NCBI GenBank assembly: GCA_003230085.1
Contig: QIGV01000179.1
Span: forward strand, 1-55,928
Length of the DNA: 55,928 bases
Origin: Gammaproteobacteria bacterium
Lineage (GTDB): Bacteria > Pseudomonadota > Gammaproteobacteria > SZUA-140
Direction: 5' to 3'
The notes under the pieces are model-generated. The model saw only the letters and a program-made list of their open reading frames with translations, was not told where the DNA came from and ran no database searches. The translations under genes and the position numbers were made by a program. Positions 1 to 9,767 of the stretch are shown piece by piece. How positions within the stretch are numbered: the first letter of the stretch is position 1; each line of letters starts with the position of its first letter.

Positions 1-971
1 GGCGGCCTCCGCAGGTCAATTATTGACCGTGCGTTATGTGGTGGACCGCAAGGATAACCCGAGTACAGGTTCGATTACCCTGGAATCCGCAATGCTTCAG
101 GGAGGCGCAGGGGGCAATCAGCCCCCGATACTGCAATCGATAGGCCCGCAGAGCGTAGCAGAGGGTCAATTGCTCACCATCCCGGTTTCGGCCAATGATG
201 TCGATGGTCCGCCGCCATTGGTGCTCACGGCTAAAAACCTGCCGGCGGGCGCGAGCTTCACCGATTTTGGTAATGGTAGCGGGCAGTTTAGCTGGACACC
301 TGCTATCGGTGTTGCAGCAGGCAGTCCCTATACAGTCACTTTTGCGGCAACTGAAGACAATGGCAATGGCTTGTCAAGCAGTGAGACGGTAACCCTGACG
401 GTGGTTCCCGCCGGTGGAGGCGGTGGTGCTTTGACGGGTGCTGCAGCGGCTGCCCCAGCTGCTGTAGATCTGACTGCGGGTGGCGCCCTGGACTGGATAC
501 ACTGGGGGCGGGTGAGCGCCTCGGCAGTGGACCGCAAGGCGGGTGTTAGCCCGCGGATTAGTGATTATAGTCCAGTGGGTAATGCAACGCCGTATCAGAA
601 AGCAAACATGCCGACGGCCTATTCATGGGCAGATGGGTCGCCGGTGGGCAGTATGAGTGGTATCCGTGGTGGATTGGGCGTATTCCATGCCGGCAAGGGG
701 CTGGCATTCACAGTGCCGGCGGGTATTGCGCCACAGACTTTGCTTGTATATGTGGGGTCGGTGAATGGCGCTTATGGCCGGTTTGAGGCCAGTCTGAGTG
801 ATGGCAGCGCACCAATGTATAGTGTGGAACTCTACCAGGCCAATGGCGCGAGCACGCAGGAGATTACGCTGACCTTCCAGGCGGCCTCCGCAGGTCAATT
901 ATTGACCGTGCGTTATGTGGTGGACCGCAAGGATAACCCGAGTACAGGTTCGATTACCCTGGAATCCGCAA
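1..971 (+). repeat. Exact 92-bp direct repeat (1-92 = 880-971), period 879 bp = 293 codons
   Basis: ggcggcctccgcaggtcaatt...accctggaatccgcaa is identical at both positions, in frame with the repeated domain unit. Confidence 0.95.
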
Positions 972-1021
972 ATGCGACGTCGTCTAAAACGACGCATCGA
1001 AATCAAATAAATTGCAGCTAG
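2..1021 (+). CDS. 5'-partial secreted repeat protein: Ig/cadherin-like (He_PIG-type) domain plus a ~190-aa 'DWIHWG' domain; 3' end appears truncated or chimeric
   Basis: The frame is open from nt 2 (AASAGQLLT...). It has an Ig-like unit NQPPILQSIGPQSVAEG...LPAGASF...FSWTP followed by a DWIHWG domain similar to the N-terminal domains of the 899..6412 protein. The last ~16 aa are read from the antisense strand of the neighbouring gene. Confidence 0.75.
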   Translation, partial: AASAGQLLTVRYVVDRKDNPSTGSITLESAMLQGGAGGNQPPILQSIGPQSVAEGQLLTIPVSANDVDGPPPLVLTAKNLPAGASFTDFGNGSGQFSWTPAIGVAAGSPYTVTFAATEDNGNGLSSSETVTLTVVPAGGGGGALTGAAAAAPAAVDLTAGGALDWIHWGRVSASAVDRKAGVSPRISDYSPVGNATPYQKANMPTAYSWADGSPVGSMSGIRGGLGVFHAGKGLAFTVPAGIAPQTLLVYVGSVNGAYGRFEASLSDGSAPMYSVELYQANGASTQEITLTFQAASAGQLLTVRYVVDRKDNPSTGSITLESANATSSKTTHRNQINCS

Positions 1022-4000
1022 CAATAAACTTATCGCATGTAATGCACCGCCGCCGCCACCGCTGTTGTTCGTTGGCTGTGGAGTTGAGGTAACACTCTGG
1101 ACGACCGGTTCAGCTACTGCGCCAGGGTCGCGCACAACGCCATTAGCTAAACTATCAGCATCATTAGGGCCACCATCTTCAATGGTCAATTGAATACAGT
1201 GATCGCCGGAGTTGAGTCCAGAGGTGTAACTGCTATCGCCAGGTGGAGGGCATAAGCCCGGTGCGCCAGGTGCTGAGGCCACCATGTTGTTGGCATCTTC
1301 AGTAAAATCCTGCCAACCAATACCCGATATGTATTTCCGATATGTGGCTCCGGCAGGAATAGCGCCCAGAGTCGGGATGACAATATCCGCTGACTGTCCG
1401 ATTACTGGCAGGTTGCCTATTTCAAAATCAAATATCCCAACAGGGTAGGTATAGTTATCGTTTCCAGTAGATATACCTGCTGATCCTCCATTCCCACCAT
1501 TATCGACAATATCCTGCTCTGATACTGCGGCAGATATCAGGCCGGATGCGGTCGCAGTTTGTCCAATCTTCATTGTTAGGCCTGGGTTGGATTGTAGCAG
1601 GTAAGATGTACCATCTGCCGCATTGCCTGATAGTAACGTAGGGTCATCAATGGCATCCTGGTAGTCCGCAATGCCATCGCCATCTGAATCGCCATAGCCC
1701 TCTGTGGCGTCATCAATACCATCATTATCACTGTCAGATGATGCAGATAGACCCGGTCGAGTGGTTTCGAATCGCAGCATCAATTCGATGCTGGTTGATT
1801 GTGCAGGATTGCCATTGTCCGTAACGGTTAATTTCACAAGATAGTAACCTGTAGTTAAAGCGGCAGGGTCGAATGTGAACGTGTCTGATGTTGTGCCGCC
1901 TATCGGAGCTAGCACGTTATCACTTAGGCCCCAGTCATATGAATGAACATCAGCCGGATTAGGGTCATTAATTGTCGAGCTAATTACAACATTTCCTGAG
2001 TCGCCAACAACCCAGCTAGATACGAGACCGGCTTGTGTAGCAGTTAATTGCACCTGCGGTGGCAGGTTTTCTTCTATGATAGTTGCTACATGGGTTATGT
2101 TTGCCCCACTCACGGCGTTAACTGGCGTCCCTATTGTGAAAATAACCGTTTCGCCCGCATCATTGATACCATCATCAATTAAATTGAATGTGATTTGGGC
2201 AGCAGTGCCTGAAGAAATAATAAGATCGCCTGATGCAGCATCATGGTCGGCGGGATTCACGGATGTGCCTGAAACGGTATACGGGATAGTTACAGGATAG
2301 ACAGCCGCCTGACCGGACAGGAAAACAGAGACTGTGGCTGTCCCGCCTTCACCTATTGACTGATCCATCTGAAAATCAGCTGAAGGTAGAATATCAACGA
2401 TTTGTTGCGCATTTACTGTTATGCCAGCACTGTTCGTTGCGCTCCATGTGATAATATGGCGTCCCGTCTTAAACGGACCGACTATATCCGGAGTCGCGGT
2501 CAGATTGCCATCAATACTGTCAGTTGCTGTTGCCATACCCAGGTCTACTTCGGTAAACAGGCCTGTTGAAGGTGCCGTGATATCAGCTGCTGCTGTGATG
2601 ACAGGAGGTGGCGCAATCGGGGCTGCATAAGCTCCTGCGTCCTGTGGACTGAATGTGCTACACCCGTCCACGTTGCAGGCTTTAACACTGTAAAAATACA
2701 TCAGACCTGTAGTCGCACTGGTGTCGTCAATGCTGGTTCCTGCTGGCGAGGCAAGCAAGGTGCCGTTGGTGCCCGCTGCCGTTGAGCGGTATACCTCATA
2801 AAATGTTGCATCTGCTACCATGATCCAGCTTATAGCAACCTTGCCCTGGAAGGTGCCGTCACTTGCGCTTAGGCCACCTGGGGCTGATGCCGGTGGTGCT
2901 GGAACTGTCGCCCGACGCCCCATGCTTTGGCCACTGAGCAAGCTGCACCCGTCCGCATTGCACGCTTTTAAGCTATACCAGTAATCTGTGGCTGGAGACG
3001 CTGTGGTGTCATCAAAGCTGGTGCCTGTTGGTGAATTAATCAGGGTGCCGTTGGTGCCAGCGGCAGTAGAGCGCCAGAGTTCATAGTATGTAGTGCCAGT
3101 AACCATGTTCCAGCTTACTGTGACCTTGTCTGAGAAAGTATTTACAGTTGCTGTTATACCCGTTGGGGGATTGGCAGGGGGATTGCTGGTGATGGCGCGG
3201 CTACCTTGATCCTGCGTACTAATGGTGCTACATCCTGTAGCATTACATGCTTTAACGCTATAAAAATAAATGGTGCCTGCAACAGCGCCATTATCGTTAT
3301 AGTTTGATGCTACAGGTGAGGCCAAAAGACTACCTGTGGTGCCAGAAGTAGCAGAACGGTACACTTCATAATTGCTTGTATTTGAAACTGGACTCCAGTT
3401 TACCGCGATTTTATCAGTAAACGTATCGTCGCTGGCTAATACATTTGCCGGCATTGTGGGCGGTGCAGCAGTAATGGCTCTGCGCCCTAAAGATTGTCCA
3501 CTGAAGGTGCTGCACCCGGTAGTATTACAGGCTTTTAAGCCATACCAATAGTCAGTGCCCGGTGTCGCGGTGGTATCATCAAAGCTGATGCCTGTCGGCA
3601 AACCAATTTGTGTTCCCTTGAGGTCGGCGACAGTTGAACGCCAGAGTTCATAGTAGGTTGCACCAGTAACAGTTCCCCAACTGATAACGACTTTGCCAGT
3701 AAACGTATCAACACTGGCTGCAATGTTTCTTGGTGGGTTAGCTGGTGCTGTACCACTATTATTAACGGCTCTGCTACCGACATCCTGGTTGCTGAAGCTA
3801 CTGCAACCGGCGCTGTTGCAGGCCTTGATTGTGTAATAATAACTTATACCAGCGATTGCGCTGGTATCATTTAAATTGTTTGATGTCGGTGATGCGAAAA
3901 GGGTACCGGTAGTGCCCAGCGTAGTCGAACGGTAAACATCATAATTTGTTGCGCCTGTGACGGTAGTCCAGCTCACTGCGATCTTCGTCGTAAAGCTGTC

Positions 4001-6412
4001 ATCACTGGCCGCTACACCTGAGGGTGTGCCTGGTACTACGATAGTTACATCTCTGCGTCCTGGATCCTGATTGCTAAAGCCACTGCAGCCAGCGCTGTTA
4101 CAGGCTTTAATGCTATAAAAATAAATGGTGCCTGCTACAGCACCGCTATCGTCATAGTTTGGTGCCAAAGGTGAGGCCAAAAGATTGCCATTGGTGCCAG
4201 AAACAGCAGAACGATACACTTCATAATAGGTAGCATTTAGGACTGAATTCCAGTTTACCGCGATTTTGCCAGTAAAAGTATCGTCGCTGGCTGATACACT
4301 TGTTGGCATTGTGGGTGGCGCAGCTGCAACGGCTCTACGTCCTAAAGATTGCCCGCTGAAGGTGCTGCACCCGGTAGTATTACAGGCTTTTAATCCATAC
4401 CAATAGTCAGTTCCCGGTGTCGCGGTGGTATCATCAAAGCTGATGCCTGTCGGCAACCCGACCTGCGTGCCTCTGAGTCCAGAGACAGTTGAGCGCCAGA
4501 GTTCGTAGTAGGTTGCTCCGGTAACAGTTCCCCAACTGATAACGACTTTGTCAGTAAACGTATCAACACTAGCTGCAATGTTTCCTGGTGGATTAGCTGG
4601 TGCTGTACCACTATTATTAACGGCTCTGCTACCGACATCCTGGTTGCTGAAGCCACTGCAACCGGCGCTGTTGCAGGCCTTGATCGTGTAGTAATAGCTT
4701 GTGCCAGCGATTGCGCTGGTATCATTTAAATTGTTTGTAGTCGGAGAGGTGAAAAGGGCGCCTGTAGTGCCCAGGCTAGTCGAACGGTAGACATCATAAT
4801 TTGTTGCGCCTGAGATGGCAGTCCAGCTTACGGCAATCTTCGTTGTAAAGGTGTCATCACTGGCCGTAACGCCTGTGGGTATGCCTGGGACTATGACAGT
4901 AACAGCTCTTCGCCCCGGATCCTGGTTGCTAAAACCACTACAGCCAGCACTATTGCAGGCTTTAACACTGTAAAAATAATCAACACCCGCAATAGCACTG
5001 GTATCGTTATAGCTACTACCGGAAGGCGAAGCCAGCACAGTACCATTAGCGCCGGCAGAGGCTGAACGATAAACATCATAATATGTTGCGCCGACTACCG
5101 AACCCCAGTTTACTGCAACCCGGTTTGGGTACGTATCGTCACTGGCAGCAACATTGGCTGGTGCTGATGGGGGCTGAGTTCCTCCACCGCCACCTCCGCC
5201 AGAGCCCAGTAATATTGCTGACTCGAGAAAAATCCATGTGCCACTTGTACGCGGGTTGCTACGCACAAAAGTGACGACTAGCTGTTGACCTTGAGAAGCA
5301 GCCTGATAGTTGAGAGTGAACTCAATGGTGTTGCGTCCACTTGATTGGCTGACGACGGTGCTGTATGCCGGGGAACTACCATCACTTAGCGTGGCTGTAA
5401 ATCTGGCCTGCGTAGCACTATTCAAACCAACGTAAACTTTCAGAGTTTTAGTGCTTGTGTCGGCAGGTGCTGTGAACCTGAACCCTTTGTTTATGTCGAA
5501 AACACGTAAGCCTGTTTGCGTAGAAACCACCGCATTCGGCCTACCGTCGTTCCACGAGTAGAGTGTATCGGTTGCGGATGAAGTAGGAGATACATTAGAA
5601 CCTACACTTGTCTGATCACTGATTAGAGGGGTTATGCCCGTTTTCCGGTCCCATGGCGCATCGCTGATTCGCCCCCAGTGGATCCAGTCAGTCGGTCCTT
5701 TTGTTGTTAAATTAATAACAGTGACTGTCCCCATTGTGCCAGTCAGGGTGGCCGCGCCACCACCACCACCCGCTGTCTGTAGTGCTGCAGATTCGAGGGT
5801 AATAAATCCATTCGAGCTATTACGTGCAGTGACTACATATTTGACGGTTAAAGTTTGCCCACTGGAACCAGCTCTGAAGTTCAAGGTTACTTCCCGGCTG
5901 CTGCGCCCGCTGTTCTGGTTGATCGAGATGTTATATGCTGGCGCACTGCCATCGCTCAATGTGGCAGTGAACTGGCCCTGCGCAGAGCTGGCGCCAACAT
6001 AGACTCGCAAGGTTTTAAGTGTGGTGTTGGCTGGCACGGTAAACTGGAAGCCCTTGCCAACCTGGAAAACGCGTTCACCGGTAGTTGTACCGGAAATACT
6101 TCCGCCCGGCACGATACCATCACTCCACGAATATGCTGCTGAAGCCAGATCTGTTGCCCCGGGGTCGGCGCCTCCAACTCGTGTGAAATTGGTGATTTGT
6201 GGCGTCACGCCCGCCTTCCGATCAAATTCGAGAGGCACGTATCCCCAATGAATCCAGTCAGCAGGCGTGTTCGCTGAAAGATTGACGTTGTTGGGTGCGT
6301 TGATATAGCTGCCTGTAAGGGCTGCGGTGGCAGCCTGGGGACTGCCAAGCAAAAAGCAGAACAAAACAAACAGAGTAACTTTGACAGGGTGGTTGGGGAT
6401 AAGCTTTATCAT
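899..6412 (-). CDS. Large surface adhesin-like protein: signal peptide, 2 DWIHWG domains, 9 FN3-like repeats, HYR/Calx-beta/PKD-like domains, Asp-rich Ca-binding repeat, choice-of-anchor-U-like domain, GlyGly-CTERM tail
   Basis: Hydrophobic N-terminus; nine repeats of W..V.GAT.Y..YRS...Y.Y..KACN..GCS; DSDNDGIDD...DSDGDGIADYQD; CIQLTIEDGGPNDAD..NG...DPG; C-terminal GGGGGALHAISLLLAAIYLISMRRFRRRR (rhombosortase-type signal). The natural stop probably lay near nt 970. Confidence 0.85.
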   Translation of the reverse strand: MIKLIPNHPVKVTLFVLFCFLLGSPQAATAALTGSYINAPNNVNLSANTPADWIHWGYVPLEFDRKAGVTPQITNFTRVGGADPGATDLASAAYSWSDGIVPGGSISGTTTGERVFQVGKGFQFTVPANTTLKTLRVYVGASSAQGQFTATLSDGSAPAYNISINQNSGRSSREVTLNFRAGSSGQTLTVKYVVTARNSSNGFITLESAALQTAGGGGGAATLTGTMGTVTVINLTTKGPTDWIHWGRISDAPWDRKTGITPLISDQTSVGSNVSPTSSATDTLYSWNDGRPNAVVSTQTGLRVFDINKGFRFTAPADTSTKTLKVYVGLNSATQARFTATLSDGSSPAYSTVVSQSSGRNTIEFTLNYQAASQGQQLVVTFVRSNPRTSGTWIFLESAILLGSGGGGGGGTQPPSAPANVAASDDTYPNRVAVNWGSVVGATYYDVYRSASAGANGTVLASPSGSSYNDTSAIAGVDYFYSVKACNSAGCSGFSNQDPGRRAVTVIVPGIPTGVTASDDTFTTKIAVSWTAISGATNYDVYRSTSLGTTGALFTSPTTNNLNDTSAIAGTSYYYTIKACNSAGCSGFSNQDVGSRAVNNSGTAPANPPGNIAASVDTFTDKVVISWGTVTGATYYELWRSTVSGLRGTQVGLPTGISFDDTTATPGTDYWYGLKACNTTGCSTFSGQSLGRRAVAAAPPTMPTSVSASDDTFTGKIAVNWNSVLNATYYEVYRSAVSGTNGNLLASPLAPNYDDSGAVAGTIYFYSIKACNSAGCSGFSNQDPGRRDVTIVVPGTPSGVAASDDSFTTKIAVSWTTVTGATNYDVYRSTTLGTTGTLFASPTSNNLNDTSAIAGISYYYTIKACNSAGCSSFSNQDVGSRAVNNSGTAPANPPRNIAASVDTFTGKVVISWGTVTGATYYELWRSTVADLKGTQIGLPTGISFDDTTATPGTDYWYGLKACNTTGCSTFSGQSLGRRAITAAPPTMPANVLASDDTFTDKIAVNWSPVSNTSNYEVYRSATSGTTGSLLASPVASNYNDNGAVAGTIYFYSVKACNATGCSTISTQDQGSRAITSNPPANPPTGITATVNTFSDKVTVSWNMVTGTTYYELWRSTAAGTNGTLINSPTGTSFDDTTASPATDYWYSLKACNADGCSLLSGQSMGRRATVPAPPASAPGGLSASDGTFQGKVAISWIMVADATFYEVYRSTAAGTNGTLLASPAGTSIDDTSATTGLMYFYSVKACNVDGCSTFSPQDAGAYAAPIAPPPVITAAADITAPSTGLFTEVDLGMATATDSIDGNLTATPDIVGPFKTGRHIITWSATNSAGITVNAQQIVDILPSADFQMDQSIGEGGTATVSVFLSGQAAVYPVTIPYTVSGTSVNPADHDAASGDLIISSGTAAQITFNLIDDGINDAGETVIFTIGTPVNAVSGANITHVATIIEENLPPQVQLTATQAGLVSSWVVGDSGNVVISSTINDPNPADVHSYDWGLSDNVLAPIGGTTSDTFTFDPAALTTGYYLVKLTVTDNGNPAQSTSIELMLRFETTRPGLSASSDSDNDGIDDATEGYGDSDGDGIADYQDAIDDPTLLSGNAADGTSYLLQSNPGLTMKIGQTATASGLISAAVSEQDIVDNGGNGGSAGISTGNDNYTYPVGIFDFEIGNLPVIGQSADIVIPTLGAIPAGATYRKYISGIGWQDFTEDANNMVASAPGAPGLCPPPGDSSYTSGLNSGDHCIQLTIEDGGPNDADSLANGVVRDPGAVAEPVVQSVTSTPQPTNNSGGGGGALHAISLLLAAIYLISMRRFRRRRICGFQGNRTCTRVILAVHHITHGQ
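2626..5178 (-). repeat. Nine tandem ~95-aa FN3-like repeats, including a higher-order 855-bp (3-unit) duplication
   Basis: Units 2-4 resemble units 5-7. For example ctgaaggtgctgcacccggtagtattacaggcttttaa occurs at 3501 and 4356 (offset 855). Confidence 0.9.
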
Positions 6413-6940
6413 ATTAATTTATCGGAACTATTTAAAATAGGAGGTATTCACATAACCAATTGATATTAAAGATGTTAGTGGGTGCTTCACTAGATGGGCT
6501 GCGTAAGCTAAAAACGAGGGTGATTCTAGCATAGTACTGCGAAATTTAATATGTGAAGCTTAACGTGGTTCAGTAGGATTTGTATCGCTATCGTATTAGT
6601 AAATATCTTAACCAAAGACAAGCGAATACACTAAGAAACTCGAATAACTTTCAGGGTTTAGGAAGCTTTGTGGTGGGTGGGATTATTAGTTAAACTAAAA
6701 AAAGCTGGTTCAGCCAGTCTTTGAGTGGCTTTTTAGATTAGGACGACACCAGCAAGCGCTAGAAATTGATTAGTTTACTCAGGGACCCTGTAGCCAGAAA
6801 TATATCAAGTTTATTTCGGGCATTTCCAGTATATTTTCCTGATATTGCCGTTAAATATAAAATCTCAATAAGCTTATAAATAAAATGGAGTAGTGAATGC
6901 GAGCATGTTATTGCTCGGTTATCATTGATTTGACTAAATT

Positions 6941-7789
6941 ATGAGGAGCCTGAGAAAAAAAATATCACCAGTTTCCAGAATGCTCAAAAGGATGCGGAAG
7001 AGTCCTTTTCAGGAGGGTTCCGCTGGGGTGATTCTTCATACTGCCCATCATAAAGTAGGAACATCATGGTTTAAGAATGTCCTGGGTGCCATCGCTGAAG
7101 AATACGGGTATCTGTTTGTAAGGGAAAATTATGATAATTTACCTCGCCAAAGGCCCATCATAATTTTCCAGAATCGCCCTCTGCTGGATATGAATTTACT
7201 TTCAGATTATCGTGGGTCTCATATGATCCGGGATCCGAGAGATATTGTTATTTCAGGATATTACTATCATTTATGGACCCAGGAGAGGTGGGCGGTCACA
7301 CCGATTCGGGATCTTCCGGCAAACATGGAAGATAAATGGCCTCTTCTTCCAATCAAGAAGATCAGTGACATGAGTTACCAGGAATATTTGAAAAGCCTGC
7401 CTCGTGAAGAAGGGATTCTTGCAGAAATGAGACGTGTTTCTACAACAATTTTGAAAGACATCATTGAGTGGAATTATAGAGATCCGAATATCTTTGAAAT
7501 AAAATACGAAGATATCATGACTAGTGAAGAAAGTATTTTTCGTGAAATGTTTAAACATTACAGATTTAAGGAAGATGCGGTGAACAAAGGGTGTGAGATT
7601 GCCATGAAATACAGTTTCAGGAACCGTTCTAATCGTGATGTTGGAGAAATAGAAAGCAAATCACATTTGAGATCTGGGCGACTGCAGCAATGGAAAGATG
7701 AATTTACTGAAGACCATAAAGAGCATTTTAAGAAATTACATGGCCAGGATTTGATTAATCTGGGGTATGAAAAGAATATGGATTGGTAG
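6941..7789 (+). CDS. Sulfotransferase domain protein
   Basis: 5'-PSB-like HHKVGTSW, 3'-PB RDPRDIVISGY, KYED, and C-terminal HLRSG...W...F. Confidence 0.85.
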   Translation: MRSLRKKISPVSRMLKRMRKSPFQEGSAGVILHTAHHKVGTSWFKNVLGAIAEEYGYLFVRENYDNLPRQRPIIIFQNRPLLDMNLLSDYRGSHMIRDPRDIVISGYYYHLWTQERWAVTPIRDLPANMEDKWPLLPIKKISDMSYQEYLKSLPREEGILAEMRRVSTTILKDIIEWNYRDPNIFEIKYEDIMTSEESIFREMFKHYRFKEDAVNKGCEIAMKYSFRNRSNRDVGEIESKSHLRSGRLQQWKDEFTEDHKEHFKKLHGQDLINLGYEKNMDW

Positions 7790-8745
7790 GTAGCCAGCTG
7801 TCTGTGAATATTCAAAAAATGGGGCGAAAATTTAGACGTATATTCGGGCTTTCAAGGGTTGATACCCGTGGTTTTTATGCTCAAGCAGAGGCGGCTGAAG
7901 TTAGCGAGGAAGCCTTTCAGGTTGCCAGAAAAATCAGAGGCGAGAACCAGGAGCCCGCAATTTTTATTCACGGTGTTATGCCCAGATCAGGCACTGTATA
8001 CACAGGTGAAATTCTGCGGCTACATCCGTCACTCCATGCCTATCCCAATGAGCTCTGGGAAATCCCTTTTCTGGAGTTGACTGGCGATATTATCGATGTG
8101 CAAAAACATTTTTTCCACGCCTATAGACAAAATATTGGGAAAATGGGGGGGCATGATTTCCTGCCCTTGTTTGGCGCATCGCTCATGGCGTATCTGCATT
8201 CATTTGTGCCAGAAGGTAAGCGGGTTTTAGTCAAGATACCTGATGTGCAATATCTTGGCTATTTTTATACTGTTTTCCCTTGCGAGCATTTGTTGCTGTT
8301 GCTAAGAGATGGTAGAGATGTAGTTAATTCTACAATCAGAACCTGGCCGGGAATGGATTTTTCAGATCTCTGTAGGCAGTGGGATCTAAGTGCTAAAGCA
8401 ATGCTTGAATCACAGGATAAAAACACCGATACCCCCACCGGTTTCTGGCTGACTAAATATGAGGATGTTGTTGGGGATCCGGTCAAATTTGCTAGAAAAG
8501 CTTGTGAAAGATTTCAATTGAGTCAGGATGATTTTCCTTTTGAAAGGATCAGTGAAATTTCGGTGAGAGGATCTTCTGCTATAAAAAATGAAGGGAAAGT
8601 TAGCTGGAATGCTGCAGAAAAACCAGTGGGATTTAATCCTGTTGGAAGATGGCAGGGTTGGTCAAAGCGCAATAAAAAGACATTCAAGGCAATAGCGGGT
8701 GAAACCCTGATAGCTGCCGGGTACTGCGATAATTTAGATTGGTAA
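7783..8745 (+). CDS. Sulfotransferase family protein (ATG start possibly 7819)
   Basis: IFIHGVMPRSGT, RDGRDVVNS, KYEDVV.DP and GRW motifs. Confidence 0.85.
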   Translation: MVGSQLSVNIQKMGRKFRRIFGLSRVDTRGFYAQAEAAEVSEEAFQVARKIRGENQEPAIFIHGVMPRSGTVYTGEILRLHPSLHAYPNELWEIPFLELTGDIIDVQKHFFHAYRQNIGKMGGHDFLPLFGASLMAYLHSFVPEGKRVLVKIPDVQYLGYFYTVFPCEHLLLLLRDGRDVVNSTIRTWPGMDFSDLCRQWDLSAKAMLESQDKNTDTPTGFWLTKYEDVVGDPVKFARKACERFQLSQDDFPFERISEISVRGSSAIKNEGKVSWNAAEKPVGFNPVGRWQGWSKRNKKTFKAIAGETLIAAGYCDNLDW

Positions 8746-9716
8746 TGGCAGATATGGCAAGAAGCCCAGCTATGAGATCAATTTTAAGAAATCTGAAACA
8801 GAAACTAAAATGGGTGATATGGAAAATTGCGCCGAGGCCTGGGCTTTGGAAACGCGATCTGTCTACACAGGACTTTTCCATTGCTATATATCAGGGCAAA
8901 TCACTTCTTTCTCTGGGTTCATCTGATTCAGTTGAAAATCCGGTTTTGACCCGGTTGGATGTGACCGATATCCCCGCCAATTTTGTTGCGGACCCTTTTT
9001 TTTGTCAGAGTAATAATCGTTGGTACATGTTTTTTGAAGTGCTGAATCAGATCAACTCCCGCGGAGAAATTGGTCTGGCAGAAAGTGATAATGGCCTGGA
9101 CTGGTGTTACCGGCAGATTGTCCTCACAGAACCGTACCATCTGTCATATCCATGTGTTTTTAAATGGGACGATGATTTTTATATGATTCCGGAAGGGGGA
9201 AGAGGTGCTGGCGTTACGCTCTACAAGGCGGATCGGTTTCCACTTAAATGGCTGCCTATTAAAGTAATTATAGAAAATACTGGGTACTTTGATAGTTCAA
9301 TTTTTCGTTATCAGCAATTGTGGTGGTTATTTACCGCAACAAAGGACAGTAACAAAAAAATTATATTACAGCTCTATTATGCTAAAGATCTATTGGGGCT
9401 CTGGGAAAAACATCCCGAGAGTCCGATACAAGAAGCCAACCAACATACTAGCAGGCCTGGCGGCAGGGTGGTGGTTGATGGTGATAAACTCTATCGATTT
9501 GCTCAGGATGGTTATCCAATCTATGGAAGCAAAGTACATATAATGGAAATAATTAAGCTTTCAAAGACTGAATACAAGGAAAAGCGAATTGATGAACATC
9601 CCTTCCTGGAGGCAGGGAGAAATCACTGGAACAGTGGTGGAATGCATCATATCGATCCCCATCAGTTACAAGATGGCTCATGGATTGCCTGCGTAGATGG
9701 TTTCCCTGCGCGATAA
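8745..9716 (+). CDS. GINT1 N-terminal-like / GH43-clan beta-propeller protein
   Basis: FVADPF, MFFE, HLSYP.VF, YMIPE, RPGG, RFAQD..P.YG and GGMHHID motifs. TAATG stop/start coupling with the upstream gene at 8743-8747. Confidence 0.7.
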   Translation: MADMARSPAMRSILRNLKQKLKWVIWKIAPRPGLWKRDLSTQDFSIAIYQGKSLLSLGSSDSVENPVLTRLDVTDIPANFVADPFFCQSNNRWYMFFEVLNQINSRGEIGLAESDNGLDWCYRQIVLTEPYHLSYPCVFKWDDDFYMIPEGGRGAGVTLYKADRFPLKWLPIKVIIENTGYFDSSIFRYQQLWWLFTATKDSNKKIILQLYYAKDLLGLWEKHPESPIQEANQHTSRPGGRVVVDGDKLYRFAQDGYPIYGSKVHIMEIIKLSKTEYKEKRIDEHPFLEAGRNHWNSGGMHHIDPHQLQDGSWIACVDGFPAR

Positions 9717-9767
9717 ATTTATATTACTCTTATATCCTGGTCTGGCAGTGCTCAAGTAGAGTCCATT

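Noticed and set aside
960-1075. PEP-CTERM/exosortase sorting signal
   Set aside because: The tail is a Gly-run, TM helix and Arg cluster (GlyGly-CTERM type) with no VPEP motif, and no exosortase gene is in the window.
2626-5178. CRISPR array or DGR template/variable repeats
   Set aside because: The repeats are in-frame protein domain duplications. There are no short repeat-spacer units and no cas or reverse transcriptase gene in the window.
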